Assembly: GCF_014280175.1 (NCBI RefSeq)
Contig: NZ_CP047931.1
Location: 210,001 to 242,000, forward strand
Reading direction: 5' to 3'
Length of the DNA stretch: 32,000 bases
Source: Synechococcus sp. A15-28
GTDB taxonomy: Bacteria; Cyanobacteriota; Cyanobacteriia; PCC-6307; Cyanobiaceae
The translations under genes were made by a program, and so were the position numbers. The number at the start of each line of letters is the position of its first letter. Position 1 is the first letter of the stretch. The notes below the pieces were generated by a model. The model was given only the letters and a program-made list of their open reading frames with translations, was not told where the DNA came from and searched no databases. Positions 16,870 to 26,564 of this stretch are shown here, one piece after another.

Positions 16870-17820
16870 ATGCGGATTCACCTCGTCACCGGTGGGGCCG
16901 GGTTCCTGGGCTCCCATCTGATTGACCGGCTGATGGAGGCCGGTGATGAGGTGATCTGCCTCGACAACTATTTCACCGGTCGCAAGCGCAACATCGCCCG
17001 TTGGATCGGTCATTCCCGCTTCGAGTTGATCCGCCACGACGTCACCGAGCCGATCAAGCTGGAGGTGGATCGGATCTGGCATCTGGCCTGCCCGGCGTCG
17101 CCGATTCATTACCAGACCAATCCGGTGAAGACTGCCAAGACCAGTTTTCTCGGTACCTACAACATGCTGGGCCTGGCCCGGCGGGTGGGGGCACGGTTGC
17201 TGCTGGCCAGCACCAGTGAGGTGTACGGCGATCCGGAGGTGCATCCCCAGCCCGAGAGTTATCGGGGCTGCGTGAATCCCATCGGCATCCGCAGCTGCTA
17301 CGACGAGGGCAAACGCATCGCTGAGACCCTCTGTTTTGACTACCAGCGGATGAATGGTGTGGAGGTGAGGGTGGCGCGCATCTTCAACACCTATGGCCCG
17401 CGGATGTTGATCGATGACGGCCGGGTGGTGGGCAACTTCATTGTTCAAGCCCTGCGGGGTGAGCCGTTGACGCTTTATGGCGATGGTTCCCAGACCCGAT
17501 CGTTCTGTTTCGTCAGCGACCTGATCGAGGGGTTGATCCGCTTGATGAACGGTGCCGATACCGGTCCGATCAACCTGGGCAATCCCGATGAATTCACCAT
17601 CCGTCAGCTGGCGGAGCTGGTGCGCCAGCGAATTAACCCGCAGCTGCCCCTGATCGAAAAGCCGTTGCCCCTGGATGACCCCCGTCAGCGTCGCCCGCTG
17701 ATCGACCTGGCGCGAGACCAGCTGCAGTGGCAGCCGACTGTGTCACTGGAGCAGGGACTGGGACCGACGATCGACTCCTTCCGTAGTGTCCTGGCACTGG
17801 AGGAGGACCGCGGCGCGTGA
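16870..17820 (+). CDS. uxs: UDP-glucuronate decarboxylase (UDP-xylose synthase)
   Basis: '[12 protein letters not shown]', '[11 protein letters not shown]', 'STSEVYGDP' and 'YDEGKR' (YxxxK) are typical of the UXS/ArnA-decarboxylase clade. The ATG lies 1 nt after the hisS stop. Confidence 0.85.
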   Translation: MRIHLVTGGAGFLGSHLIDRLMEAGDEVICLDNYFTGRKRNIARWIGHSRFELIRHDVTEPIKLEVDRIWHLACPASPIHYQTNPVKTAKTSFLGTYNMLGLARRVGARLLLASTSEVYGDPEVHPQPESYRGCVNPIGIRSCYDEGKRIAETLCFDYQRMNGVEVRVARIFNTYGPRMLIDDGRVVGNFIVQALRGEPLTLYGDGSQTRSFCFVSDLIEGLIRLMNGADTGPINLGNPDEFTIRQLAELVRQRINPQLPLIEKPLPLDDPRQRRPLIDLARDQLQWQPTVSLEQGLGPTIDSFRSVLALEEDRGA

Positions 17821-19220
17821 CGATTCAACGGATCTGCTGCATCGGTGCCGGTTACGTGGGTGGCCCGACGATGGCCGTGATCGCCGATCGCTGTCCTGAG
17901 ATCGAGGTGACCGTGGTGGACATCAACCAGGCGCGGATTGACGCCTGGAATGATCCGGATCTGAGTCTGCTGCCTGTTTATGAGCCCGGTCTGGATGCGG
18001 TGGTGGGCCGCACCCGTGGCCGCAACCTCAGCTTTTCGACGGCCGTGGAGACGACCGTCGCCGCGGCAGACATGGTGTTCATTTCCGTGAACACGCCGAC
18101 CAAAACGAAAGGTGTGGGAGCTGGTCAGGCCAGCGATCTGCGCTGGGTGGAGGCCTGCGCCCGCACGGTGGCCCAGGCAGCGACTGGCCACACCATCGTG
18201 GTGGAGAAGAGCACGCTGCCGGTGCGGACCGCCGCTGCGATCAAGACGATTCTGGAAGCCGCCCAGGCGGATGATCAGCAGCGCAGCTTCTCGGTGCTCT
18301 CCAATCCCGAGTTCCTGGCGGAGGGAACGGCGATTTGTGACCTGGAGGCGCCGGACCGGGTGCTGATCGGAGGCGAGGATGCAGCCTCGATTGAGGCTCT
18401 GGCAGGGGTCTACAGCCACTGGGTGCCGGAGCCGCAGATCCTGCGCACCAACCTCTGGAGCAGTGAGCTGTCCAAGCTCACGGCCAATGCGTTTCTGGCG
18501 CAGCGGATCAGTTCGATCAACTCCGTGGCGGCACTCTGCGAGGCCACCGGCGCCGATGTGCGGGAGGTGGCGCGGGCCATCGGCACTGACAGCCGCATCG
18601 GCCCGAAGTTTCTCAATGCCGGCCCTGGCTTCGGCGGCAGCTGCTTCCAGAAGGACATTCTCAACCTGGTGTACCTGTGCCGCCATTTCGGTTTGCCGGA
18701 GGTGGCCGACTACTGGGAATCGGTGGTGGCGCTGAACACCTGGCAGCAGCACCGGATCGCCCGGTTGGTGGTGCAGAAGCTCTTCGGCACGGTGACGGGC
18801 AAGCGTCTGGCGGTGTTGGGGTTTGCCTTCAAGGCGGACACCAACGACACCCGCGAGGCGCCGGCGATCCGTATCTGCGGAGATCTGTTGGAGGAGGGAG
18901 CGCAGCTGGCGATCCATGACCCCAAGGTGGACCCCGCCCAGATGGCCCGTGATCTCAACCAGGATGCGGCCGCGGCGGCGGATGCCCTCAGCGGGACGGG
19001 CAGCTGGGCCCTGGCGGAGTCCGTGGAGGAGGCCGTCAGCGGAGCCGATGCGGTGTTGATCCTGACGGAGTGGAACGATTACAGACAGTTGAACTGGGCT
19101 GAGGTGGCGAAACGGATGCGCAAGCCGGCCTGGGTGTTTGATGCCCGGGCGGTGGCTGATCCCGAGGCGGTGCGGGCTGCGGGCTTGACCCTGTGGCGTG
19201 TCGGGGACGGCGAGGGTTGA
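17817..19220 (+). CDS. ugd: UDP-glucose 6-dehydrogenase (long, eukaryote-like type)
   Basis: '[10 protein letters not shown]' and the catalytic-Cys motif '[12 protein letters not shown]'. 467 aa. The GTG start overlaps the uxs stop (GTGA at 17817-17820). Confidence 0.9.
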   Translation: MTIQRICCIGAGYVGGPTMAVIADRCPEIEVTVVDINQARIDAWNDPDLSLLPVYEPGLDAVVGRTRGRNLSFSTAVETTVAAADMVFISVNTPTKTKGVGAGQASDLRWVEACARTVAQAATGHTIVVEKSTLPVRTAAAIKTILEAAQADDQQRSFSVLSNPEFLAEGTAICDLEAPDRVLIGGEDAASIEALAGVYSHWVPEPQILRTNLWSSELSKLTANAFLAQRISSINSVAALCEATGADVREVARAIGTDSRIGPKFLNAGPGFGGSCFQKDILNLVYLCRHFGLPEVADYWESVVALNTWQQHRIARLVVQKLFGTVTGKRLAVLGFAFKADTNDTREAPAIRICGDLLEEGAQLAIHDPKVDPAQMARDLNQDAAAAADALSGTGSWALAESVEEAVSGADAVLILTEWNDYRQLNWAEVAKRMRKPAWVFDARAVADPEAVRAAGLTLWRVGDGEG

Positions 19221-20242
19221 TGACACGCACGCTCTTCGTCACCGGCGCTGCCGGCTTCATCGGTGCAGCCCTGTCCAAGCGACTTTTGCAGCGCGGTGAT
19301 CGGGTGGTGGGTCTCGACAACCTCAACAGCTATTACGACCCGGCCTTGAAACAGGCGCGCCTGCGTCAGGTCGAGGCCATGGCACCCGCAGGTGCCTGGC
19401 GTTTTGAGCCGATCGCCCTCGAGGACGGTGATGCACTTTCGGCTTTATTTGCCGAGGAACGCCCTGAAGTGGTGGTGAATCTGGCGGCCCAGGCAGGGGT
19501 GCGCTACTCGCTTGAGAACCCTGCGGCCTACATCCAGAGCAATCTGGTGGGGTTCGGCCACATCCTGGAGGGATGCCGTCACCACGGCGTTGGCAACCTG
19601 GTGTATGCCTCGAGCAGCTCGGTCTACGGCGGCAACCGCAACCTGCCGTTTCACGAGCGGCAGCCGGTGAACCATCCGGTGAGCCTCTATGCCGCCAGCA
19701 AGAAGGCCAATGAGCTGATGGCCCATACCTACAGCCATCTCTACGGTCTGCCGGCCACGGGTCTGCGCTTCTTCACGGTGTACGGCCCCTGGGGTAGGCC
19801 GGATATGGCTCCGATGCTGTTCGCGCGGGCGATCCTGGCTGGGGAGCCGATCAAGGTGTTTAACCACGGCAAGATGCAGCGGGATTTCACCTTCATCGAC
19901 GACATCGTTGAAGGGGTGCTGCGCTGCTGCGACAAGCCGGCCACCGCCAACCCTGATTTCGATCCTTTGCAGCCGGATCCGGCCACGGCGGCAGCACCGC
20001 ATCGGGTGTTCAACATCGGCAACAGTCAGCCGACAGAACTGTTGCGGTTCATCGAGGTGATGGAACAGGCCCTCTGCCGGGATGCGATCAAGGATTTCCA
20101 ACCGATGCAACCCGGCGATGTGGTGGCCACTGCCGCTGAGACGAAAGCCCTTGAGGAATGGGTTGGGTTCAGTCCCTCAACGCCGATTGAAGTGGGGGTG
20201 GAGCACTTTGCCCGCTGGTATCGGGCGTTCTACGGGGTCTGA
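19220..20242 (+). CDS. NAD-dependent sugar-nucleotide epimerase, probable UDP-glucuronate 4-epimerase (CapI/LpsL-like)
   Basis: 'VTGAAGFIGAAL', 'LDNLNSYYDPALK' and 'YAASKKANE' (YxxxK). The ATG overlaps the ugd stop by 1 nt. The substrate assignment comes from family resemblance and context. Confidence 0.7.
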   Translation: MTRTLFVTGAAGFIGAALSKRLLQRGDRVVGLDNLNSYYDPALKQARLRQVEAMAPAGAWRFEPIALEDGDALSALFAEERPEVVVNLAAQAGVRYSLENPAAYIQSNLVGFGHILEGCRHHGVGNLVYASSSSVYGGNRNLPFHERQPVNHPVSLYAASKKANELMAHTYSHLYGLPATGLRFFTVYGPWGRPDMAPMLFARAILAGEPIKVFNHGKMQRDFTFIDDIVEGVLRCCDKPATANPDFDPLQPDPATAAAPHRVFNIGNSQPTELLRFIEVMEQALCRDAIKDFQPMQPGDVVATAAETKALEEWVGFSPSTPIEVGVEHFARWYRAFYGV

Positions 20243-20253
20243 CCCACGGTCAC

Positions 20254-20278
20254 AAAAAAACCGGCCCTTAGAGCCGGT
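20254..20278 (-). terminator. Rho-independent terminator of psbEFLJ (may also stop the convergent + strand operon)
   Basis: Stem ACCGGC / GCCGGT (20260-20265 / 20273-20278) with a 7-nt loop. The A7 run at 20254-20260 on the + strand is a U-tract on the - strand. It lies about 30 nt after the psbJ stop. Confidence 0.6.
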
Positions 20279-20307
20279 GATGGGGAAACGTAAAACCAAA
20301 GCCTGAA

Positions 20308-20508
20308 TCAGGCGGAACCGACACCCGTGTAGGAGCCATAGAAGAACAGGCCGACAACAAACAGAACGGCCATGCCACCGGCTGTGGCCACAAGCCACAA
20401 GGGCAGAACACCTTCAGTCCAGCGTGAACGCCAGGGCACAGCTGGACGGCCATCAGGAAGGCGATCTGGAATTCGACCGTCGGGGAATGGTGACTTCTTA
20501 CCGCTCAT
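20308..20508 (-). CDS. psbJ: Photosystem II protein PsbJ (long marine-picocyanobacterial form)
   Basis: The C-terminal '[32 protein letters not shown]' is the PsbJ TM signature. It is the last gene of the psbEFLJ order. Confidence 0.9.
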   Translation of the reverse strand: MSGKKSPFPDGRIPDRLPDGRPAVPWRSRWTEGVLPLWLVATAGGMAVLFVVGLFFYGSYTGVGSA

Positions 20509-20518
20509 CGGATCGCCC

Positions 20519-20638
20519 TCAGTTGAAGAAGTAGCTGGACATCAACACACCGGTGACGAACACAAACAGCAGGCCCAGATAGAGGCTGGTGCGGTTGAGC
20601 TCAACCGGAAGGTTGTTGGGATTGGGGTTGCGTTCCAT
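20519..20638 (-). CDS. psbL: Photosystem II protein PsbL
   Basis: Hand translation gives [39 protein letters not shown] (39 aa), a canonical PsbL. It is not in the ORF track (below cut-off). Confidence 0.93.
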   Translation of the reverse strand: MERNPNPNNLPVELNRTSLYLGLLFVFVTGVLMSSYFFN

Positions 20639-20646
20639 GGATCAGA

Positions 20647-20784
20647 TCAGCGACGGATGAACTGCATGGCGGCAAGGGCGCCAAGGAAAAACACAGTCGG
20701 AACACCGAGTGTGTGCAGGGCCAACCAACGCACCGTGAAGATCGGATAGTTGCGTGGTGTTGTGGCGACGGGGGTTTGTGCCAT
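20647..20784 (-). CDS. psbF: Cytochrome b559 beta subunit
   Basis: Hand translation gives [45 protein letters not shown] (45 aa), with the haem-ligand His in 'RWLALHTL'. It is not in the ORF track. Confidence 0.93.
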   Translation of the reverse strand: MAQTPVATTPRNYPIFTVRWLALHTLGVPTVFFLGALAAMQFIRR

Positions 20785-20787
20785 GGG

Positions 20788-21036
20788 TTATTTCAGGCGA
20801 ACATCGAGTTCAGATTTGCCCTCATAGCGCTGGCTCACCACAGGGGCCTTGCTTTCCGTTGCCTGGAAGTAAGCATCCGGACGGGGAGTGCCGAAGGCGT
20901 CGTAGGCCAGACCAGTGGAAACAAAAAGGAAGCCGGCGAGAAAGATCGACGGAAGGGTCACGAAGTGAATCACCCAGTAGCGAATGCTCGTGATGATTTC
21001 GAAGAACGGGCGTTCCCCTGTAGAGCCTGCAGCCAT
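20788..21036 (-). CDS. psbE: Cytochrome b559 alpha subunit
   Basis: '[46 protein letters not shown]' is canonical PsbE. 82 aa. Confidence 0.95.
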   Translation of the reverse strand: MAAGSTGERPFFEIITSIRYWVIHFVTLPSIFLAGFLFVSTGLAYDAFGTPRPDAYFQATESKAPVVSQRYEGKSELDVRLK

Positions 21037-21059
21037 AGCTCGGGCGTATCAGCTAAGTG

Positions 21060-21065
21060 ATTCTA
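21060..21065 (-). promoter_or_regulatory. Candidate -10 element (TAGAAT) for psbEFLJ
   Basis: On the - strand, TAGAAT starts 29 nt upstream of the psbE ATG, in the 70-nt ycf48-psbE spacer. No convincing -35 element is present. Read-through from ycf48 is equally possible. Confidence 0.25.
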
Positions 21066-21106
21066 GGGGGTGACCTTGGTTCGCCGAGTGAGGCCAGAGC
21101 TCTCGG

Positions 21107-22108
21107 TTACACAGCGTTGCCGACCCAGCGCAGCAGGTTTCCGCGCTCACCCAGAACGAAGGCGTGATCACCGTCGAACACCATGCGGGTGAAGTTGCTG
21201 GGCTGGCGATCTCCCACAGGATCGATCTCCCAGCTGTCGGCACCGTCACGACTCACCAGCAGGGTGCCGTTGCCGCCGCCAGCCCAGATGGCGCCGTCGT
21301 CATCCCAGGCCATATCCATGTAGCCGTAACCATTGGTGATCGGGATGATCGCCTTGCTCCAGCTTTCGAGGTTTCCGGGTTCGTCGTTCAGGCGGATCTG
21401 AGCTCCTCGGGCCACCATCCAGAGGTTGCCGTCGGGTTGGTAGCCGATGCTCTGAAGTCGCTGGCTGCTCACCCGCTGGTGCACTTGCCAGACGGCATCC
21501 CCCGGCTGCCAGGTGGCGTAGAAGTTTCCAAGGCTGCTGACGCTGACGTAGCTGCCGTCATCACTGCGGCGCAGGTCACGCACGGAACCGGCAGCATCGG
21601 TGACCAGAGCTTCCCAGCTGCCGCCGTCATCGTGGGTCTCATAAACGGCTCCAACGTTGGTGGCCATCTCAGCGGAGTGGCTCCCCAGGGCTGTGATCAG
21701 GTAGGGCTCACCGGGCAGTTTGGTGTCGAGGAAGAGGCGAGTCCAGTTCTGTCCGCCATCGCTGGTGTGCATCAGCAGTCCGGGTTGACCGGCGATCCAG
21801 CCTTCATCGCCGTTGAAGTCGATGCTGATCAGACGGAAGTTTTCTTCCTCGGGAAGATCGAGGCTGCGATCGTTCCAGGTGGCGCCCCCATCGTTGGTTT
21901 CACGGATCATCCGGTTGCTGCCGACAAGATAGCCGTGGCTGGGTTCGGTGAAGGCAACGTCGAGGGGGTTGGCTTCGGTGTCGAGGTTGAGGGCCTGCCA
22001 GGGGCTGGTGGTGGCCGTTGGCAGGCGTGTGGTGACGCAACCACTGAGGCTCACCCCCAGCACCAGCACCAGCAACAGATTGATCGCGGAGGAGAAGAAG
22101 CGCGTCAT
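21107..22108 (-). CDS. ycf48: Photosystem II assembly/stability factor Ycf48 (HCF136 homologue)
   Basis: N-terminal lipoprotein-like signal 'LLVLVLGVSLSGC'. Repeated beta-propeller motifs 'DGGATWN', 'DGGQNWTR', 'DGGSWE', 'DGADSWE'. It sits in the conserved position between rubA and psbE. Confidence 0.9.
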   Translation of the reverse strand: MTRFFSSAINLLLVLVLGVSLSGCVTTRLPTATTSPWQALNLDTEANPLDVAFTEPSHGYLVGSNRMIRETNDGGATWNDRSLDLPEEENFRLISIDFNGDEGWIAGQPGLLMHTSDGGQNWTRLFLDTKLPGEPYLITALGSHSAEMATNVGAVYETHDDGGSWEALVTDAAGSVRDLRRSDDGSYVSVSSLGNFYATWQPGDAVWQVHQRVSSQRLQSIGYQPDGNLWMVARGAQIRLNDEPGNLESWSKAIIPITNGYGYMDMAWDDDGAIWAGGGNGTLLVSRDGADSWEIDPVGDRQPSNFTRMVFDGDHAFVLGERGNLLRWVGNAV

Positions 22109-22119
22109 GGCGGAGGCGT

Positions 22120-22569
22120 TCAGCGGAGCGAGTAAAGGGAGAGGAAGAAGGCGAAGCCCAGGGCAAGGCCGCCGAAGATCAACACGTTTTTCTGCCCAGG
22201 GGTCATGCGATTGACCCCGATGCCGAAGTTGAGGTTTTCCTCAAATCCACTGGCTTTCTCGCGGGGGCCGATGTCACGGAAGGCCGGTTTACGGCTGCGG
22301 CACACAGGACAGCGGAACCCGGCGGGGTCGAGATCTTCGAAGGCCGTTCCGGCCTCGATCCCAACCTTCTTCACCCCTTCATCAGGGTCATAGACGTATC
22401 CACAGCTGCGGCACTCGAAGCGGTGGGTGCGTGGATCGCTCTCTGGAGCGGCCTCCACGACAGGCTCTGTCCCATCAGCAACTGGTGGCTGTTCCGTAGT
22501 CGGCAGCTGTTCCGTTGCCTGTTCGGCCGGCTGAAGCTCGTCGCTCACCGCTCTGCTGCTGTGCGGCAC
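22120..22569 (-). CDS. rubA: Membrane-anchored rubredoxin RubA
   Basis: Two CxxC pairs, 'CRSCGYVYD' and 'CPVCRSRK', and a C-terminal TM '[20 protein letters not shown]'. The start is uncertain: GTG 22569 (longest ORF) or in-frame GTG 22458, which gives about 112 aa. Confidence 0.85.
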   Translation of the reverse strand: MPHSSRAVSDELQPAEQATEQLPTTEQPPVADGTEPVVEAAPESDPRTHRFECRSCGYVYDPDEGVKKVGIEAGTAFEDLDPAGFRCPVCRSRKPAFRDIGPREKASGFEENLNFGIGVNRMTPGQKNVLIFGGLALGFAFFLSLYSLR

Positions 22570-22631
22570 GACTCTATCCGCGTCAACTCTTGGCAGTGAA
22601 TGCCAGACTGACGCCGTCTACGGGGACGTTC

Positions 22632-22994
22632 ATGTTTGCCCTGCCCGGCTACGACGCCTTCCTCGGGTTTCTGTTGATCGCTGCAGCTGTTCCAACTCTG
22701 GCTCTGATCACCAACAAACTCCTGGCGCCCAAGAGCCGCGCCGGTGAGCGGCAGCTCACCTACGAATCCGGCATGGAGCCCATTGGTGGCGCCTGGATTC
22801 AGTTCAACATCCGCTACTACATGTTCGCCCTGGTCTTCGTCATTTTCGACGTGGAGACCGTTTTCCTCTATCCCTGGGCAGTGGCCTTCCATCGCCTCGG
22901 GATCCTGGCTTTCATTGAAGCCCTCATCTTCATCACCATCCTCTTAGTGGCCTTGGCCTATGCCTGGCGCAAGGGTGCCCTCGAGTGGAGCTAG
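22632..22994 (+). CDS. ndhC: NAD(P)H-quinone oxidoreductase (NDH-1) subunit 3
   Basis: '[18 protein letters not shown]...[40 protein letters not shown]' is canonical NdhC. 120 aa from ATG 22632. Confidence 0.95.
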   Translation: MFALPGYDAFLGFLLIAAAVPTLALITNKLLAPKSRAGERQLTYESGMEPIGGAWIQFNIRYYMFALVFVIFDVETVFLYPWAVAFHRLGILAFIEALIFITILLVALAYAWRKGALEWS

Positions 22995-22996
22995 CC

Positions 22997-23737
22997 ATGT
23001 CAGATCTCACGTCTCCATCCATCACAGCGGTTCGCGATCTGCGGGAAGCCAGCTGCGGCCCGATCGGTGCACCGGCCGTCACCAGTGACCTGAGCGAGAA
23101 CGTCATTCTCACCAGCCTGGATGACCTGCACAACTGGGCGCGGCTGAGCAGCCTCTGGCCACTGCTCTATGGCACAGCCTGCTGTTTCATTGAATTCGCG
23201 GCTTTGCTGGGATCGCGGTTCGACTTCGACCGCTTCGGTCTGGTACCCCGCAGTTCGCCCCGCCAGGCTGACCTGCTGATCGTGGCCGGCACGGTGACCA
23301 TGAAAATGGCTCCGGCCCTGGTGCGGCTCTATGAGCAGATGCCCGAACCGAAGTACGTGATCGCCATGGGGGCCTGCACGATCACCGGTGGCATGTTCAG
23401 CGCCGACTCCACCACCGCCGTCCGCGGTGTGGACAAGCTGATCCCGGTGGATCTGTACATGCCCGGTTGCCCTCCGCGGCCGGAGGCGATCTTTGATGCG
23501 GTGATCAAGCTGCGCAAGAAGGTCGGCGATGAGTCCCTCGCCGAACGCCGCAAACACGCCCAGACCCACCGATATTTCACGGTTGCTCACCAGATGAAAC
23601 GTGTGGAACCCGAAGTGACAGGCTCCTACCTCCGGGCGGAAACCCAAAAAGCTGCCCTGGCCGCGGCACCGGCGGGCCAGACCCTCGCCACCGATGCGGC
23701 CGTTCTCACCCCCGCTCCAGAAGCTATCGAGTTATGA
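22997..23737 (+). CDS. ndhK: NDH-1 subunit K (NuoB homologue)
   Basis: Fe-S ligand motifs 'GTACCFIEF', '[10 protein letters not shown]' and 'PGCPPRPE'. The ATG lies 2 nt after the ndhC stop. Confidence 0.95.
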   Translation: MSDLTSPSITAVRDLREASCGPIGAPAVTSDLSENVILTSLDDLHNWARLSSLWPLLYGTACCFIEFAALLGSRFDFDRFGLVPRSSPRQADLLIVAGTVTMKMAPALVRLYEQMPEPKYVIAMGACTITGGMFSADSTTAVRGVDKLIPVDLYMPGCPPRPEAIFDAVIKLRKKVGDESLAERRKHAQTHRYFTVAHQMKRVEPEVTGSYLRAETQKAALAAAPAGQTLATDAAVLTPAPEAIEL

Positions 23738-24300
23738 GCGAAACCCCAGCCAACACTCCTGCGTCCAACGAGGAGACCGCTGCAGTGGTTGCCCCACAGG
23801 CCGGTCCTGTGAGCCAGTGGCTGCAGCAGCAGGGTTTTGAGCATGAGGTGCTCGAACCCGACCATGTCGGCATCGAACAGATCGGTGTGGATGCTGCTGT
23901 GCTGCCGATCATTGCTGCAGCGCTGAAAAGCAATGGCTTTGACTATCTCCAGTGCCATGGCGGCTACGACGAAGGCCCCGGTGAGCGCCTGGTCTGCTTC
24001 TATCACCTACTGGCGATGGCCGAGCAACTGGAGGCCATGGCGTCCGACCCGGCAGCGCATTTGCGGGAAGTGCGCCTGAAGGTTTTCCTCAGCCGTGAGG
24101 GAACACCTGTGCTCCCCTCGATCTATGGCTTGTTCCGTGGGGCGGATTGGCAGGAGCGGGAAACGTTCGATATGTACGGCATCCAATTCGAGGGCCATCC
24201 CCATCCCAAACGGCTGTTGATGCCGGAAGACTGGAAGGGTTGGCCGTTGCGCAAGGACTACGTGCAGCCGGACTTCTACGAAATGCAGGACGCCTATTGA
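23734..24300 (+). CDS. ndhJ: NDH-1 subunit J (NuoC homologue)
   Basis: '[29 protein letters not shown]' is the NuoC/NdhJ signature. ATGA overlap with the ndhK stop. Confidence 0.95.
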   Translation: MSETPANTPASNEETAAVVAPQAGPVSQWLQQQGFEHEVLEPDHVGIEQIGVDAAVLPIIAAALKSNGFDYLQCHGGYDEGPGERLVCFYHLLAMAEQLEAMASDPAAHLREVRLKVFLSREGTPVLPSIYGLFRGADWQERETFDMYGIQFEGHPHPKRLLMPEDWKGWPLRKDYVQPDFYEMQDAY

Positions 24301-25691
24301 TCCTTGTCCCGGCGGTGGCTCCGGTAGAAGCGCATCACCGCCAGGGCGAGGCTCCTGGAGTCATGCCGAAGCGTGGCCGTCGGTCTGGCTGCTTGCAGAG
24401 GCGCTTGGGTGACGTCATACCCATCTCGGCGGAGATCATCCGCATCGCAGGCCACGGGCTCCGCGCCGCGGGATCGGTAGTGCTCCACAAGGGGAGAGGC
24501 CCCCAGATCATCCTGGGCCAGCACCGCGGTGAACAGTCGCTGGTTGATGCCGAGGCTGGCCAGCTGCGCTTCGATTGCCCGCAGATGACCTCGCACATCC
24601 AGCCCATCGGTTTCCCCGGGCTGGGTCATCAGGTTGCAGATGTAGAGCCTTGGGGCGCGGCTTCGACCGATGGCGTTCACCAGTTCCGGCACCAGCAGGT
24701 TGGGGAGTAACGAGGTGTAGAGGCTGCCAGGGCCCAGCAGGATCAGATCGGCACTGGCGATGGCTTCAAGGGCACGGGGCAAGGCCGGGGGGCGTTCCGG
24801 TTGGCAGCCCAGCCGCACGATCGGGCTTGGGGCATGGCCGATGTTGCTTTCCCCCTCAATTCGCTCACCGTTCTCCAGCTCCGCCCAGAGCCGTACGTCC
24901 ACGTTGGTGGCAGGAACCACTTGCCCTTGCACCGCCAGCACCCGACTGGAGGCGGTGATGGCGGTTTCCAGGTTTCCGGTGATGGCCGTCAGGGCTGAGA
25001 GGAACAGGTTGCCGAAGCTGTGACCCTCCAGCCCACTGCCGGCGGTGAAGCGGTATTGGAACAGGCGGGTGAGCAGGGGCTCTTCCGTGGACAGGGCCGC
25101 AAGACAGTTGCGAATGTCCCCGGGGGGAAGCACCCCCAGCTCCCGCCGCAGCCGTCCGCTGCTGCCGCCGTCGTCGGCAACGGTGACGATGGCGGTGATG
25201 TGGCTGCTGTAGCGCTTCAGGCCACTCAGCAGGGTCGACAGACCCGTTCCGCCGCCGATGGCCACGATGTTGGGTCCGCGGTTGAGACGGCTCTGGGTGC
25301 GCAGGGCATCCACCAGCACCGTGTCCTTGTCCGGCGCGAGGGCCTGCTGGATCGCCCCGAAACTGCGGCTCTGTCCCCAGAGCACCAGGCCGGTGCCGAT
25401 GATCAACACCAAGGGGCCCGTGATTTCGCGCGGCAGCACGGTGGTGATCGTGCTGAGAAACCAGCTGAGGGTTTCGAGGATCCAGTAGATGGGTTTGAGG
25501 TCTGCCCAGACCGCGGCTCCCAGCAGGGCCATCATCAAGCCGAGCCCCGAGGTCAGCACCCAGCGTTTGACCACGAGACCCGGTTGCAGCCAGCGAACGG
25601 CCCGCTGCGAGCGCGTCATCAGGTCCCGCCGGCGATGGGCCCGCAGCACCCTGGCTTGACGACGTTTGCTGTGCGGTGTGACGGGCGGCAA
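24294..25691 (-). CDS. YvcK/CofD-family protein (UPF0052, 'gluconeogenesis factor' family) with N-terminal membrane segments
   Basis: '[18 protein letters not shown]' and '[13 protein letters not shown]' are family signatures. Two or three hydrophobic helices precede the domain. Start is uncertain (25691, or ATG 25619 'MTRSQ'). Confidence 0.75.
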   Translation of the reverse strand: MPPVTPHSKRRQARVLRAHRRRDLMTRSQRAVRWLQPGLVVKRWVLTSGLGLMMALLGAAVWADLKPIYWILETLSWFLSTITTVLPREITGPLVLIIGTGLVLWGQSRSFGAIQQALAPDKDTVLVDALRTQSRLNRGPNIVAIGGGTGLSTLLSGLKRYSSHITAIVTVADDGGSSGRLRRELGVLPPGDIRNCLAALSTEEPLLTRLFQYRFTAGSGLEGHSFGNLFLSALTAITGNLETAITASSRVLAVQGQVVPATNVDVRLWAELENGERIEGESNIGHAPSPIVRLGCQPERPPALPRALEAIASADLILLGPGSLYTSLLPNLLVPELVNAIGRSRAPRLYICNLMTQPGETDGLDVRGHLRAIEAQLASLGINQRLFTAVLAQDDLGASPLVEHYRSRGAEPVACDADDLRRDGYDVTQAPLQAARPTATLRHDSRSLALAVMRFYRSHRRDKDQ

Positions 25692-25773
25692 GGGCCGGAC
25701 AATCCGGGCGTTTCAGAAACTGTACGGAGCCTGATGGGGCACGCCAGGATGTTGGTGATTTCCGTCCCAGCGC

Positions 25774-26559
25774 GTGTCCAAGTCCCAGCAGCCGGTTGTG
25801 GAGATGCGGGATCTGACGATGCAATGGGGCGCGCGGCCGGTGCTAGATCGCGTCAATTTGTTAATGCAGCCGGGCGAACGCCTCGCCGTGGTGGGCCCTT
25901 CCGGCGCGGGAAAGTCCACGGTGTTGCGCCTGCTGGCGGGGCTTCAGCTGCCCACCAGCGGAGAATTGCGGCTGTTCGACCAACCGCAGACCTACCTGCG
26001 ACTGGACCAGACCGATCCACCCGATGTGCGGCTGGTGTTCCAGAACCCTGCCCTGCTGGCGTCCTTGACGGTGGAGCAGAACGTTGGCTTCTTTCTGCGG
26101 GAACAGGGTCAGCTCACGCCGGCGGAGATCCGTGAGCGGGTGGAGGACTGCCTGGAGGCGGTGGGGCTGTTTGATGTCGCCCATCAGTACCCCGGGGAGT
26201 TGAGCGGTGGCATGCAGAAACGTGTGAGCTTTGCCCGAGCCCTGATTGACAACCCGCAGCGGGGGGACAACGCCATGCCCCTGCTGCTTTATGACGAGCC
26301 CACGGCGGGGTTGGATCCGGTGGCCTGCACCAGGATCGAGGACCTGATCGTGAAGACCACCACCGTGGCCAAGGGCTGTTCTGTGGTGGTGAGCCATGTG
26401 CGCAGCACGATCGAGCGGTCAGCCGAGCGGGTGGTGATGGTCTATGGAGGCCACTTCCAGTGGTCGGGGTCGGTGGAGGAGTTCCGCACGACGGATAACC
26501 CCTATGTCGAGCAGTTCAGGACGGGTAGCCTGCGCGGGCCGATGCAGCCCTCACACTGA
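25774..26559 (+). CDS. ABC transporter ATP-binding protein, MlaF/TGD3-like
   Basis: Walker A 'GPSGAGKST', signature 'LSGGMQKRVSFARAL', Walker B 'LLLYDEPTAGLD'. An MCE/MlaD-like gene follows directly. GTG start is uncertain (ATG 25801 'MRDLT' is an alternative). Confidence 0.75.
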   Translation: MSKSQQPVVEMRDLTMQWGARPVLDRVNLLMQPGERLAVVGPSGAGKSTVLRLLAGLQLPTSGELRLFDQPQTYLRLDQTDPPDVRLVFQNPALLASLTVEQNVGFFLREQGQLTPAEIRERVEDCLEAVGLFDVAHQYPGELSGGMQKRVSFARALIDNPQRGDNAMPLLLYDEPTAGLDPVACTRIEDLIVKTTTVAKGCSVVVSHVRSTIERSAERVVMVYGGHFQWSGSVEEFRTTDNPYVEQFRTGSLRGPMQPSH

Positions 26560-26564
26560 TTGCC

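Noticed and set aside
17685-19226. A 513-aa ORF antisense to ugd.
   Set aside because: The translation is R/G/H/P-rich with no motifs. The + strand encodes an unmistakable UDP-glucose dehydrogenase with catalytic '[10 protein letters not shown]'.
21164-22135. A 323-aa + strand ORF opposite ycf48.
   Set aside because: It is a shadow frame with a Gly/Ala/Val/His-rich translation. ycf48 on the - strand has its lipoprotein signal and repeated DGGxxW propeller motifs.
22570-22631. A TTGGCA (22590-22595) as a -35 element for ndhC in the rubA/ndhC spacer.
   Set aside because: No acceptable -10 hexamer lies at 16-18 nt spacing, so the match is not good enough to call a promoter.
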